Part shown: positions 55,559-64,000 of the stretch, piece by piece
Layout of the letters: the number at the start of each line of letters is the position of its first letter
Position numbering within the stretch: position 1 is the stretch's first letter
Origin: an uncultured Armatimonadetes bacterium
GTDB lineage: Bacteria; Armatimonadota; Hebobacteria; Hebobacterales; Hebobacteraceae
Reading direction: 5' to 3'
Assembly: GCA_963716175.1 (NCBI GenBank)
Contig: OY970296.1
Coordinates: 2,496,001 to 2,560,000 of the forward strand
DNA length: 64,000 nt
The notes under the pieces: generated by a model
The model's input: the letters and a program-made list of their open reading frames with translations, nothing else
The model's database searches: none
Told to the model about the DNA's origin: nothing
Made by a program: the position numbers and the translations under genes

Positions 55559-58036
55559 GTGGCAGAGGACCTGTCGGGCCTGTGGAGAACGGCCCTTGCA
55601 TTCGCGACTTGGAGAGCGATAGTGTCGGGACAGCGCAGCCCGGTAGTCAACCTCTGCGCGGGTGATCCCTCCCTCTGGCAGGTGGAGCCTACCGGCGGCG
55701 CGGCCGTGGGCCCGCTACAGGGGGCGCGGTCAGGCCTTCACACCCCGGGCCTTCGCGACGGGTCTCCGTGCACGCTTACGCTCCCGGGCCCTGGCCGCTG
55801 GAAGACCGCGCCCCGGCATGTGGAGCCCGACCAGCCTTACCTCCTGGAGTGCGATGTCAAGGGGAAAGGCCGGATCGGCCTGGTCTGGGTGCGGGAGGGC
55901 AGACCCGTGGCTGAGGCTGGAGGGGCGGCAGGAGCTTCCGCTCCTGCCCAACAGGCGGAGATCTGGACCTCTCCCGATGGCACGCCTCGGTTCGGGCAGT
56001 TGGCCGAGATCGCTGCCGTCTGGTCGCCAGAGGTGGAGGCCGGCGATTGGCAGTCGGTGACAGTGGAGGGAGTCAGCCCCCGCACCGCTAATCGGGTGCA
56101 GGTGGTGTTGGAGGCCTCGGGCGAGGAGCAGACCGCTTTCGATCACCCTTACCTGGATGGCTTGGGCGCCGTCCCGGTCGAGATCGTCGTGCCCTCTGGA
56201 TACCATGCCAACGGCAGCAAGGTGGCCATGATTGCGTCTCGGGAAAGGGCTTCCCGGGGCCGGTTCGCGCTGCTCTCTGGGGAGCAGGTGGTGCTCTCCG
56301 CTCCCTTGATCTCCTGGGGTTGGTATCTCTGGGGGCGGCAATACTGGAAGGCGGACTTCACCGGTGTCAGGAAGCTGGGACGCTACCGGCTGCGGGTCGA
56401 GTTCGAGGACGGGCGCCAGGCCACCTCGTCCGAATTCGAGATCAACCCGGAGCTCTACCTGGACCTGGCCAACCTCACTCTCACCTGGTACTACACGCAG
56501 CGGTGCGGGATGGAAGTGCCGGGCTGGCATCCGCCCTGCCACCTCGACGACGCGCTGCTGGGCCGCAGCCGCAACCGGCCCTTGGGGCCGGGCGGCGAGT
56601 GGACCATCACCGGCGAGGCCGACCTAACCGGGGGCTGGCATGATGCGGGAGACAACCACAAGTACATCTGCTGGTCCTATCTCGCGCTCTGGGGCCTGGC
56701 CCGACTCCAGGGTATTCAGAGCACTGAGCTGCGCCGCTTGGGCGAGGCCTTGCCCGACCCGCTGGCGGAGGCCTGCTGGGAGGCGCGATTCCTGCTGAAG
56801 ACGGCGAGCGAGGATGGCCTGTTCCCACTCGGGGTGATCTCGCGCTTTGGGTGGGTCAACACTCCCATCCACCAGGAGACCGACAATATCCGCGGCAGCG
56901 GCGACGAGCGCGCGCTGCCCGACCCTCGCGAACGCATCTGCGACATTCCCACTTACGGGCCGGAGCTGACCTCGGCCCTGGTGTCTAGCTCCCTCGCGGA
57001 CCTGGCGTCCGCGCTTCGGGGTTACGACGACGAGCTTGCCCAGGCCCTGGTTTCGACCGCGCGGCTCACCTGGGACCGCCATCATGAGGCCGAGCCGCCC
57101 GATGCCGAGTACCTTCGCTGGCACGCGGCCTTCGCTCTGCTCGATGCCTCGCTCTATCGTCATGCCCCCAGGCCGGAGCTGGCCGACGACTTCGAGGCGC
57201 GGCTCACGCGCATCATCTCACAGCAGAAACCGGAGGGGGTCTTCCCCTTTCCCAAGGACTGCGCCGACTATCGTGACCAGGTCCTGGGCGTGCCGCCGGA
57301 GGAGCGCGCCAAGCTCCCGGATCTGTCACCCCAGAAGAGCCGCTACACCATCTCGCACGAAGCCTGCGGCGTTGATTACATCCCCGCTCCCTTCACCTAC
57401 CTTCATGCCCTGCTGGATTACCTGGAGCTCTTCCCGGAGGGAGCACAGGCGAAGCCGGCGCGTCGGGCGCTAGGCCTGGCCATGGATCTGGCGCTCTCGC
57501 TCACGGAGAAGACGCCGTTCGGCCAGCTGACGGAGTGGACCTTCGCGCCGGACGCGGTCAACTTCGTGCACATGTTCCATGGCTACAATTGCGCGCTGCT
57601 GTCGTTGGCCGTGGTTGCTTGCCGGGCAGCGACTGCGCTGAACCGGCCGGAGTTGCTGGAGTTAGCGGAGCGTCAGATGCAGTGGGTGCTGGGACGCAAT
57701 CCCAGGGCCGCCAGCCTCGTCTGCGGGGTGGGCCACAAGCAGCTCGGCATCTACCACACCGGGCTCTGCCACTACCCGGAGCACCGGACCGGGGCCCAGC
57801 CGGGCGGGGTGGTGAACGGGTTTGTCTCCCTGGGCGCTCCCCGCTTCACTTACTCCGGTCCCAGCTATCCCTGGGACTTCCCCTATCTTGATATCCGGAG
57901 CCCGGCCGAGGAGGCCGGATGGATGGGGGTGGATGCTGATTGGTGGACGAATGAGACCTGGGTGCCCAACTGCTCCTGGTTCATCCTCGCCGCGGTCGCG
58001 CTGCACCGGGCGCTGTCGGGCGATGCCTCGCCGTGA
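55559..58036 (+). CDS. glycoside hydrolase family 9-like protein
   Basis: ADFT, QRCG, CHLDDA, DLTGGWHDAGD, LGRNP, TNE; start uncertain. Confidence 0.8.
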   Translation: MAEDLSGLWRTALAFATWRAIVSGQRSPVVNLCAGDPSLWQVEPTGGAAVGPLQGARSGLHTPGLRDGSPCTLTLPGPGRWKTAPRHVEPDQPYLLECDVKGKGRIGLVWVREGRPVAEAGGAAGASAPAQQAEIWTSPDGTPRFGQLAEIAAVWSPEVEAGDWQSVTVEGVSPRTANRVQVVLEASGEEQTAFDHPYLDGLGAVPVEIVVPSGYHANGSKVAMIASRERASRGRFALLSGEQVVLSAPLISWGWYLWGRQYWKADFTGVRKLGRYRLRVEFEDGRQATSSEFEINPELYLDLANLTLTWYYTQRCGMEVPGWHPPCHLDDALLGRSRNRPLGPGGEWTITGEADLTGGWHDAGDNHKYICWSYLALWGLARLQGIQSTELRRLGEALPDPLAEACWEARFLLKTASEDGLFPLGVISRFGWVNTPIHQETDNIRGSGDERALPDPRERICDIPTYGPELTSALVSSSLADLASALRGYDDELAQALVSTARLTWDRHHEAEPPDAEYLRWHAAFALLDASLYRHAPRPELADDFEARLTRIISQQKPEGVFPFPKDCADYRDQVLGVPPEERAKLPDLSPQKSRYTISHEACGVDYIPAPFTYLHALLDYLELFPEGAQAKPARRALGLAMDLALSLTEKTPFGQLTEWTFAPDAVNFVHMFHGYNCALLSLAVVACRAATALNRPELLELAERQMQWVLGRNPRAASLVCGVGHKQLGIYHTGLCHYPEHRTGAQPGGVVNGFVSLGAPRFTYSGPSYPWDFPYLDIRSPAEEAGWMGVDADWWTNETWVPNCSWFILAAVALHRALSGDASP

Positions 58037-58197
58037 CCAGGCGGCGTGGGTGCTGTGGGGGCCGCGCTGCTCAGCACAGTAGCAGAGGAGCTTTGCTGCC
58101 TCGCGGAGTAGCAGAACCATATCGCGTGGTCGGGCCCGGCTGGGAGCCCGCCAAGAAGCCGGCGGGCAGGCCTGGGCTACCGTAGGCTGCTCGGGAG

Positions 58198-59259
58198 ATG
58201 GAGATGGTGACGCTGTACGTTGCCTCCAGTGACCAGTACTCGGGCAAGACTCTGACTTGTCTCGTGCTGGGTACTCGCTGGCGGAACCAGGGCCGCCGGG
58301 TCGGGTTCATGAAGCCGCTTGGCATGCTGCCGGTGACGGTGGGAAATGAGGTCAGCGACGAGGACGCGCTGTTCGTGGCGCGGCAGCTTGAGTTCGAGGC
58401 CCCACCTGCTCGCCTTTGCCCAGTGATGACGGGGGTGGAGCTGTGCCGCGCGGACCCCGAGCAGCTTCGCCGCCGCGTGCAGGAGGCTTTTGCGGCGAAC
58501 GCGGCCGGGCAAGAGATCATGCTGGTGGGCGGGCTGGGATCGGTCCTGACCCGGGGCAGCACCTTCGGCCTCGACGGGCTATCGGTGGCAGAGATGCTCG
58601 ACGCGAAGGTGCTGCTGGTGGCGCGGGCTGAATCATTCCTCGCTCTGGACAGCATCATCGCCGCCCACCGCGCTCTGGGGGATCGCCTGGTGGGGGTGAT
58701 CCTCAACCGGGTGTCGGTCCGCCACCGGGAGGCGATCGAGGGGGAGGTTGCGGGCTGCCTGGCCCGGCGCGGCATCTTTGTGCTCGGGCTGATCCCCGAG
58801 GATCCTCTGCTGAGTTCGGTGAGCATCCGGGAGCTGGCCGAGGCCACCGCGGGCGAGCTGCTCTCGGCGCCTGAAGCGGCCGATGAGCTGGTGGAGAACT
58901 TCGTCCTGGGCGCCATGGGTGTGCACGCCGCGCTGCGGTATTTCCGGCAGAGCCCCCGCAAGTGTGTGATCACCGGCGGCGACCGCACCGACATTCAGTT
59001 CGCGGCCTTGGAGACTTCCACTCGCTGCCTGGTGCTGACCGGCAGCATGCGCCCCAGCCACCAAGTGATCGCGCGAGCGGAGGAGCTCAAGGTGCCGGTG
59101 ATGCTGGTGAGCGGGGACACGCTCAGCACCGTCACCGCGATCGAGCAGCTTCTGGGCAAGCAGCGGGTGCGCGAGGCCAAGAAGATAGATCACGCCCTGC
59201 AGCAGTTCGAGGCGCTGCTGGACCTGGCGAAGCTCGACCGCGCGCTCGGTCTCACCTGA
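58198..59259 (+). CDS. phosphotransacetylase-family BioD-like/DRTGG domain protein
   Basis: SGKT, GFMKPLG, ITGGDRTDI, LVLTG. Confidence 0.85.
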   Translation: MEMVTLYVASSDQYSGKTLTCLVLGTRWRNQGRRVGFMKPLGMLPVTVGNEVSDEDALFVARQLEFEAPPARLCPVMTGVELCRADPEQLRRRVQEAFAANAAGQEIMLVGGLGSVLTRGSTFGLDGLSVAEMLDAKVLLVARAESFLALDSIIAAHRALGDRLVGVILNRVSVRHREAIEGEVAGCLARRGIFVLGLIPEDPLLSSVSIRELAEATAGELLSAPEAADELVENFVLGAMGVHAALRYFRQSPRKCVITGGDRTDIQFAALETSTRCLVLTGSMRPSHQVIARAEELKVPVMLVSGDTLSTVTAIEQLLGKQRVREAKKIDHALQQFEALLDLAKLDRALGLT

Positions 59260-59260
59260 G

Positions 59261-59354
59261 GAGCTTCGCCGAATGAAGTAACACGGCGAAGCTCAAGAAG
59301 CGGCCCAGACAGGCACAGGGCGATGTTCGCACATTACTTCGTTGTGCGAACATC
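59261..59354. repeat. paired-hairpin repeat (GAAGTAA-loop family), copy C
   Basis: GAGCTTCGCCG-aatgaagtaaca-CGGCGAAGCTC, 27 nt, GATGTTCGCACA-ttacttcgt-TGTGCGAACATC. Confidence 0.8.
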
Positions 59355-59418
59355 ATTAAGATGAGCGTGATGGGAGCGGGCGGCGGGTAAGCTCAAATCG
59401 TGAAAGCATGAGGCTGCG

Positions 59419-60180
59419 GTGGCCCTGAAGATAGCAGTTGCCGGCAAAGGTGGGGTGGGGAAGACGACGGTGAGCGCGGCTCTCGCTCAGTCGCTGCGGC
59501 GCGCTGGCGAGCGGGTGCTGGCCGTGGATGCGGATCCCAACAACTGCTTGGGGCGAGCGCTGGGCTTTGCGGAGGAACGGCTAAGCGGGGCGACCCCGCT
59601 CTCGGAGATGAAGGAGCTGTTGGCCGAGCGGGCCGGCACCGCGTCGGGAGGTGGCTTCTTCGCGCTCAACCCGCCGGTGGAGGACCTGCTTGCCGCCTAT
59701 CAACTGGAAAAGGATGGCATTTCGCTTCTGGTCATGGGGACGGTGGACGAGCCGGGCGCCGGGTGTGTGTGCCCGGAATCCGCGGTGCTGAAGGCGCTGT
59801 TGCGGCATCTGGTTGGGCTGGAGGCGACCTCCCTGGTGTTGGACATGGAGGCCGGGCTCGAGCACCTGGGGCGAGGCACCGCCCAGCACGTGGGGGCGCT
59901 GCTGATCGTGGCCGAACCCACCGCCGCCAGCGCGCGCACCGCGGCCCGCATCGCAGTGCTGGCCCGCGGGCTCGGGCTGCGCCTGCCGGGAGTGGTGGTG
60001 AACAAGGCGACGTCACCAGGAGACACCCAGAAGGTTCGTCCCTATCTGGAGGGGCTGGAGATCATGGCCACGCTGCCGCTCGATGTCTCGGTTGCGGCCT
60101 CCGAATCGGTGCCCTCGTCCGGGCCCCTGGTGCAGGCGGTGGATGAGCTCAGACAGCGCCTGGCCGCGCGGCTGAACTGA
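59419..60180 (+). CDS. cooC: CO dehydrogenase nickel-insertion ATPase
   Basis: GKGGVGKTT, DADP, GCVCP, DMEAGLEHLGRGT. Confidence 0.88.
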   Translation: MALKIAVAGKGGVGKTTVSAALAQSLRRAGERVLAVDADPNNCLGRALGFAEERLSGATPLSEMKELLAERAGTASGGGFFALNPPVEDLLAAYQLEKDGISLLVMGTVDEPGAGCVCPESAVLKALLRHLVGLEATSLVLDMEAGLEHLGRGTAQHVGALLIVAEPTAASARTAARIAVLARGLGLRLPGVVVNKATSPGDTQKVRPYLEGLEIMATLPLDVSVAASESVPSSGPLVQAVDELRQRLAARLN

Positions 60181-60181
60181 C

Positions 60182-60946
60182 ATGGGACAAGTGATTGCGG
60201 TGACTGGGAAGGGAGGGGTCGGCAAGACCACGGTCGCGGCACTCATGGTGCGGCTGCTCGTGGAGGCGAAACGGGGTGCGGTGCTTGCCGTGGATGCCGA
60301 TCCCAACCTCAACCTGAACGCGGCCCTGGGCGTGGAGGTGGCGGAGACGGTGGGCGATCTTCGCGAGGAGGGCTTGGTTCGCGCCTCTTCTCTCCCAGGG
60401 GGCATGGCGAAGAGCGAGTTTCTGCAGATGCGCATTCAGCAGGCCCTGGTCGAGTCCGCCGGCTTCGATCTGCTGGCGATGGGGCGACCGGAGGGGCCGG
60501 GCTGCTACTGCTTCGCCAACTCCATTCTGCGCGCGTGCGTGGATCGCATCGGCAAGCAGTACGCCTATCTGATCATTGACTGCGAGGCCGGGCTGGAGCA
60601 TCTGAGCCGGCGCACCGCAGGCGATGTGGACCTCCTGCTGCTGCTCTCCGACCCCAGCCTACGTTCCCTGGACACCGCGGTGCGGGTGCTGGAGCTGATC
60701 GAGGAACTGCACACCGGAGTCGCGAAGAAGGCCTTCGCCTTCAGCCGCGTCACCGACGGCCTGCCTCCGGAGCTGGCCCAGGCGGCGCGGGCGAGGGGGC
60801 TGCCGGATCCCTTCATCGTCCCAGAGGACGCCGAAGTAAGGGAGCTAGACTTGCGCGGCCTGCCCTTGGTCGGAGTGAAGGCCCAGAGCCCGTGTCTGGA
60901 GGCGGTGCGGACGATCATGCAGGCCACTGGGTTGCTGCCGGCCTGA
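60182..60946 (+). CDS. cooC: second CooC/AcsF-type ATPase
   Basis: GKGGVGKTT, MGRPEGPGCYC, EAGLEHLSRRT. Confidence 0.88.
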   Translation: MGQVIAVTGKGGVGKTTVAALMVRLLVEAKRGAVLAVDADPNLNLNAALGVEVAETVGDLREEGLVRASSLPGGMAKSEFLQMRIQQALVESAGFDLLAMGRPEGPGCYCFANSILRACVDRIGKQYAYLIIDCEAGLEHLSRRTAGDVDLLLLLSDPSLRSLDTAVRVLELIEELHTGVAKKAFAFSRVTDGLPPELAQAARARGLPDPFIVPEDAEVRELDLRGLPLVGVKAQSPCLEAVRTIMQATGLLPA

Positions 60947-61257
60947 CCCGATCCCGCCGGCCATTGCGGCCGCCTTGCTCGGAGCCCACGATGGCGCGCG
61001 CGGCGAGCCGCGCGGTGCGGCTCGGATAGGTTTGTGAAACTTTTCGCGGGCGGGCAGGAAGTCGGCCTTCCAAGAGGAAAACAGGCTTAGTTGGGTATGC
61101 TTATTAGGGTTGCGATGAAGCCCGCCTGGCCCTGGGGCAGGCGGGTTCGCATGACCAACGGGGCCTGGCGCTTGGTGGCCCGCTTGGTCACCGTCCTCAT
61201 CGCGGCCACCCCGAGCGCGGTGTTGGGGATTATCAGCGCGCGTGTGGGGAGAGAAAC

Positions 61258-61448
61258 ATGTGCGAGTCCAAAGTCTTTCTGGCAACACCGGAGGGCGAGA
61301 AGCTGGTACTGGAGGAGGTGGCCGCGATCAGGCCGGAGGGGACGGCTACCGGCTGGTGACGCTGTTCGGTGAGCAGGCGCACGTCCGGGGCCGGATCAAG
61401 GAGATAGACTTGCTGCAGCACCGGGTCGTGCTGGAGGCGATGCCCTGA
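61258..61448 (+). CDS. cooT: CooT nickel-binding protein (frameshift in G run at 61338-61341)
   Basis: Adding one G gives MCESKVFLATPEGEKLVLEEVAAIRPEGDGYRLVTLFGEQAHVRGRIKEIDLLQHRVVLEAMP*; Cys2 hallmark; RBS GGGGAGAG. Confidence 0.85.
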
Positions 61449-61550
61449 TGCGCCTCCGACCTCGTAGGCTTGGGTGGTGTCGTCTCGCTGGGATGGAACC
61501 GAGATGGCGACTGCCCTTTCCCCGATAAGGCGGAGTGAAGGAGTCTGACC

Positions 61551-62060
61551 TTGGCCAAGGCCATTGTGGTTGATGTCAATAAGTGCTATGCCTGCCTTGG
61601 CTGCGTGGTGGAATGCGCCTACCACCAGGCCCGGGCCGGTCAAGACGTATCCCTCAGCTCGGGGGTGCTGTCCTTCGCTGGCTGCGATGTGGTGGCAGTG
61701 GACAGAGAGCCGGTGCCGCTGGTGTGCAATCACTGCGAGGACGCCCCCTGCATGCGGGTCTGTCCCACCAACGCTATCAAGCGGGCGGCCGAGGGCGGGC
61801 CTGTGCTGCTGGAGGCGGAGCGCTGCATTGGCTGCCGGGCCTGTGCCATGGCCTGCCCCTTCGGCATGATCCAGATGCGCCCGGACGGCGTCACCGCGAT
61901 CAAGTGCGACCTGTGCGCAGATCGTACCGCCAAGGGCTTGCCGCCGGCCTGCGTCGCCGCCTGCATCACCGGCGCCCTGGAGCTGAGAGAGATAGACGAC
62001 GTGATCGCCGAGGCGAGAAAGCGCGCCGCGGCCTTGCTGGCGCGCAGCGGGAAGGGGTGA
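61551..62060 (+). CDS. 4x[4Fe-4S] electron transfer protein (CooF/HydN-like)
   Basis: CYACLGCVVEC, CNHCEDAPCMRVCP, CIGCRACAMACP, KCDLC..PACV.AC. Confidence 0.88.
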   Translation: MAKAIVVDVNKCYACLGCVVECAYHQARAGQDVSLSSGVLSFAGCDVVAVDREPVPLVCNHCEDAPCMRVCPTNAIKRAAEGGPVLLEAERCIGCRACAMACPFGMIQMRPDGVTAIKCDLCADRTAKGLPPACVAACITGALELREIDDVIAEARKRAAALLARSGKG

Positions 62061-62097
62061 CCTGCGCGGCTCACTGGTTCGATCGGCGAGTAGTCCC

Positions 62098-62601
62098 ATG
62101 ACGATAGAGACCGCCCCTGATTACCGTGGTGCCGTCGAGGCCGTGATCGCAGTGTACGGCCGCGACCCGGGCTTCCTGATCCCGATGCTGCAGGATGTGC
62201 AGCGCGAGTTCGGATACTTGCCGGCCGAAGCCATGAGGACGATAGCCGAGCTGCTCGGGATTCCCGTGAGTCAGTGCTACTCCGTCGCGACGTTCTACAC
62301 CTCACTCAGCCTGGTCCCGCGGGGGCGGCACCTGATCACCCTCTGCCTGGGAACGGTGTGCTATCTGAAAGGGGCCAACGAGATTGCGGAGACCATTCAG
62401 CGGCGCCTCGTTGTCCAGGTCGGCGGCACCACCGCAGATCGCCTCTTCACCTATCAGCCGGTGAACTGCCTGGGGGCCTGCGCCCTGGCGCCGGTGATGG
62501 TGATAGACGAGGAGTATTTCGACAAGGTCAAGGTGCGCCAGGTGCCGGATATCCTGGCCAAGTATGCCAAGCAGGAGAATCCCCTTCGCGATGGTGACTA
62601 G
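62098..62601 (+). CDS. NuoE/HydC-like 2Fe-2S subunit
   Basis: [20 protein letters not shown]. Confidence 0.9.
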   Translation: MTIETAPDYRGAVEAVIAVYGRDPGFLIPMLQDVQREFGYLPAEAMRTIAELLGIPVSQCYSVATFYTSLSLVPRGRHLITLCLGTVCYLKGANEIAETIQRRLVVQVGGTTADRLFTYQPVNCLGACALAPVMVIDEEYFDKVKVRQVPDILAKYAKQENPLRDGD

Positions 62602-64000
62602 ACAGCTCACAAGCGCAGCTGATCTCGCGCGTTGGCAAGATGAGATCAGTGGGCGAGCGGGAGAAGCGAAGGTCACGGTAACGGTGTGCCTCGGCACCGG
62701 CTGCGGGGCCAAGGGTGCGGCGCGGGTGATTGAGGCCTTGGAGGCAAAGGTCAGGGAGCTGAACGGCGACGCGCAGGTCAAGGTCAAGCCCACCGGGTGC
62801 CACGGCTTCTGCGAACGGGGGCCCATCGTAGTGGTCTCGCCCGGTGACATCTTCTACCAGAATGTGCGGGAGGAGGATGTCGCGGAGCTCGTCCAGGAGA
62901 CCATCCTGGGGGGCCGGGTGGTGGAACGCCTGCTCTATCAGGATCCGGTGACCGGCGAGAAGATCACCACCAGCCGGGGCATACCGTTCTACAGCAAGCA
63001 GATGCGGCTGGTGCTTCGGCACAACGGCATCACCGACCCGAGCCGGATCGAAGAGTACATCGCCGTGGGCGGGTACACCAGCCTGGCCAAGGTGCTGACC
63101 AAGATGACGCCGGAGGAGGTCATCGCGGAGGTGGACCTCGCCGGGCTGCGGGGCCGAGGTGGGGGCGGCTTCCCTACGGGCCGCAAGTGGCGCACCTGCC
63201 GGGAGGCGGAGGGCGAGCCCAAGTACGTCATCTGCAACGGCGACGAAGGAGACCCCGGGGCCTTCATGGATCGCTCCATCATGGAGGCCAATCCCCATGC
63301 CGTGATCGAGGGGATGATCATCGGAGCGTATGCGATCGGGGCCCACCAGGGCTACCTCTACGTGCGAAACGAGTACCCGCTTGCGGTCCGCCGCTTGAGG
63401 AAGGCCTTAGACGACGCGGGTGACCACGGCCTCCTCGGCGAGGACATCCTGGGCAGTGGCTTCTCATTCGACATCCGCATCAACCGCGGGGGTGGAGCGT
63501 TCGTGTGCGGCGAGTCCACCGCGCTGATGGCCTCGCTCGAGGGCAGGCCGGGCGAGCCCCGGGCGAAGTACGTCCATACCGTAGAGGCGGGGCTCAACAA
63601 TAAGCCTACGAATCTGAACAATGTAGAGACCTGGGCAAACGTGCCCCTGATCATCGAGCGGGGCGGGAGATGGTTTGCTTCCATCGGCACGGAGCGAAGC
63701 AAGGGCACGAAGGTGTTCTCTCTGGTAGGGAAGGTGCGCAACACCGGGCTGGTCGAGGTGCCCATGGGCATGACCCTGCGTGAAATCGTGTTTGACATCG
63801 GCGGCGGGATCCCCGATGACAAGGCCTTCAAGGCGGTGCAGACTGGCGGCCCCTCCGGGGGCTGCATCCCGGCCCAGTTCCTCGACACCCCGGTTGACTT
63901 CGACGAGCTCTGGAAGCTGGGCTCGATGATGGGCTCCGGCGGGCTGATCGTGATGGATGAAGACACCTGCATGGTGAATGTGGCCCGCTATTTCCTGGAC
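62591..64000 (+). CDS. NuoF/HydB-like FMN/NADH-binding subunit, truncated by window end
   Basis: [58 protein letters not shown]. Confidence 0.9.
   Translation, partial: MVTRQLTSAADLARWQDEISGRAGEAKVTVTVCLGTGCGAKGAARVIEALEAKVRELNGDAQVKVKPTGCHGFCERGPIVVVSPGDIFYQNVREEDVAELVQETILGGRVVERLLYQDPVTGEKITTSRGIPFYSKQMRLVLRHNGITDPSRIEEYIAVGGYTSLAKVLTKMTPEEVIAEVDLAGLRGRGGGGFPTGRKWRTCREAEGEPKYVICNGDEGDPGAFMDRSIMEANPHAVIEGMIIGAYAIGAHQGYLYVRNEYPLAVRRLRKALDDAGDHGLLGEDILGSGFSFDIRINRGGGAFVCGESTALMASLEGRPGEPRAKYVHTVEAGLNNKPTNLNNVETWANVPLIIERGGRWFASIGTERSKGTKVFSLVGKVRNTGLVEVPMGMTLREIVFDIGGGIPDDKAFKAVQTGGPSGGCIPAQFLDTPVDFDELWKLGSMMGSGGLIVMDEDTCMVNVARYFLD

Noticed and set aside
8575-59354. CRISPR array (hairpin-spacer-hairpin units and the 24-bp tandem at 16011)
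   Set aside because: Never more than two units, the repeats are inverted and non-identical, and there are no cas genes
1-64000. Transposases, integrases, tRNA or rRNA genes, in-frame selenocysteine codons
   Set aside because: None recognised by eye in the window

Overview
High-GC bacterial window, probably Armatimonadota (inferred from the style of the DUF1559 prepilin-like paralogs, the DUF6785 protein and the UroD-like, Gfo and creatininase expansions). Left part: orphan sugar and amide catabolism genes. At 17.7-22.2 kb: a four-gene fimbria-like operon (two pilin-like subunits, a chaperone-like protein, an atypical usher-like protein) under a c-di-GMP-I riboswitch with an intrinsic terminator. 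The centrepiece (26.7-43.6 kb) is a self-contained multiheme electron-conduit cluster with about 68 CxxCH motifs by my count. It encodes hemA, a decaheme cytochrome fused to an outer-membrane porin-like domain, CcsB/CcsA (system II), a 7-heme cytochrome, a CbcL-like 9-heme/cytochrome b protein, a 28-heme modular cytochrome, a Rieske protein, a cytochrome b fused to 13 c-hemes, AhbC and AhbAB, followed by an Rrf2-iscS-tusA-yeeE block. Right part: GH5, GH20-like and GH9-like hydrolases, two duplicated AraC-linked DUF1559 cassettes with long conserved leaders, and the start of a CooC-CooC-CooT-CooF-NuoE/F-like cluster. Several small palindromic repeat families are present, some inserted in frame in genes. 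At least five single-base frameshifts look like long-read errors. All calls come from motif recognition only; no database searches were run.
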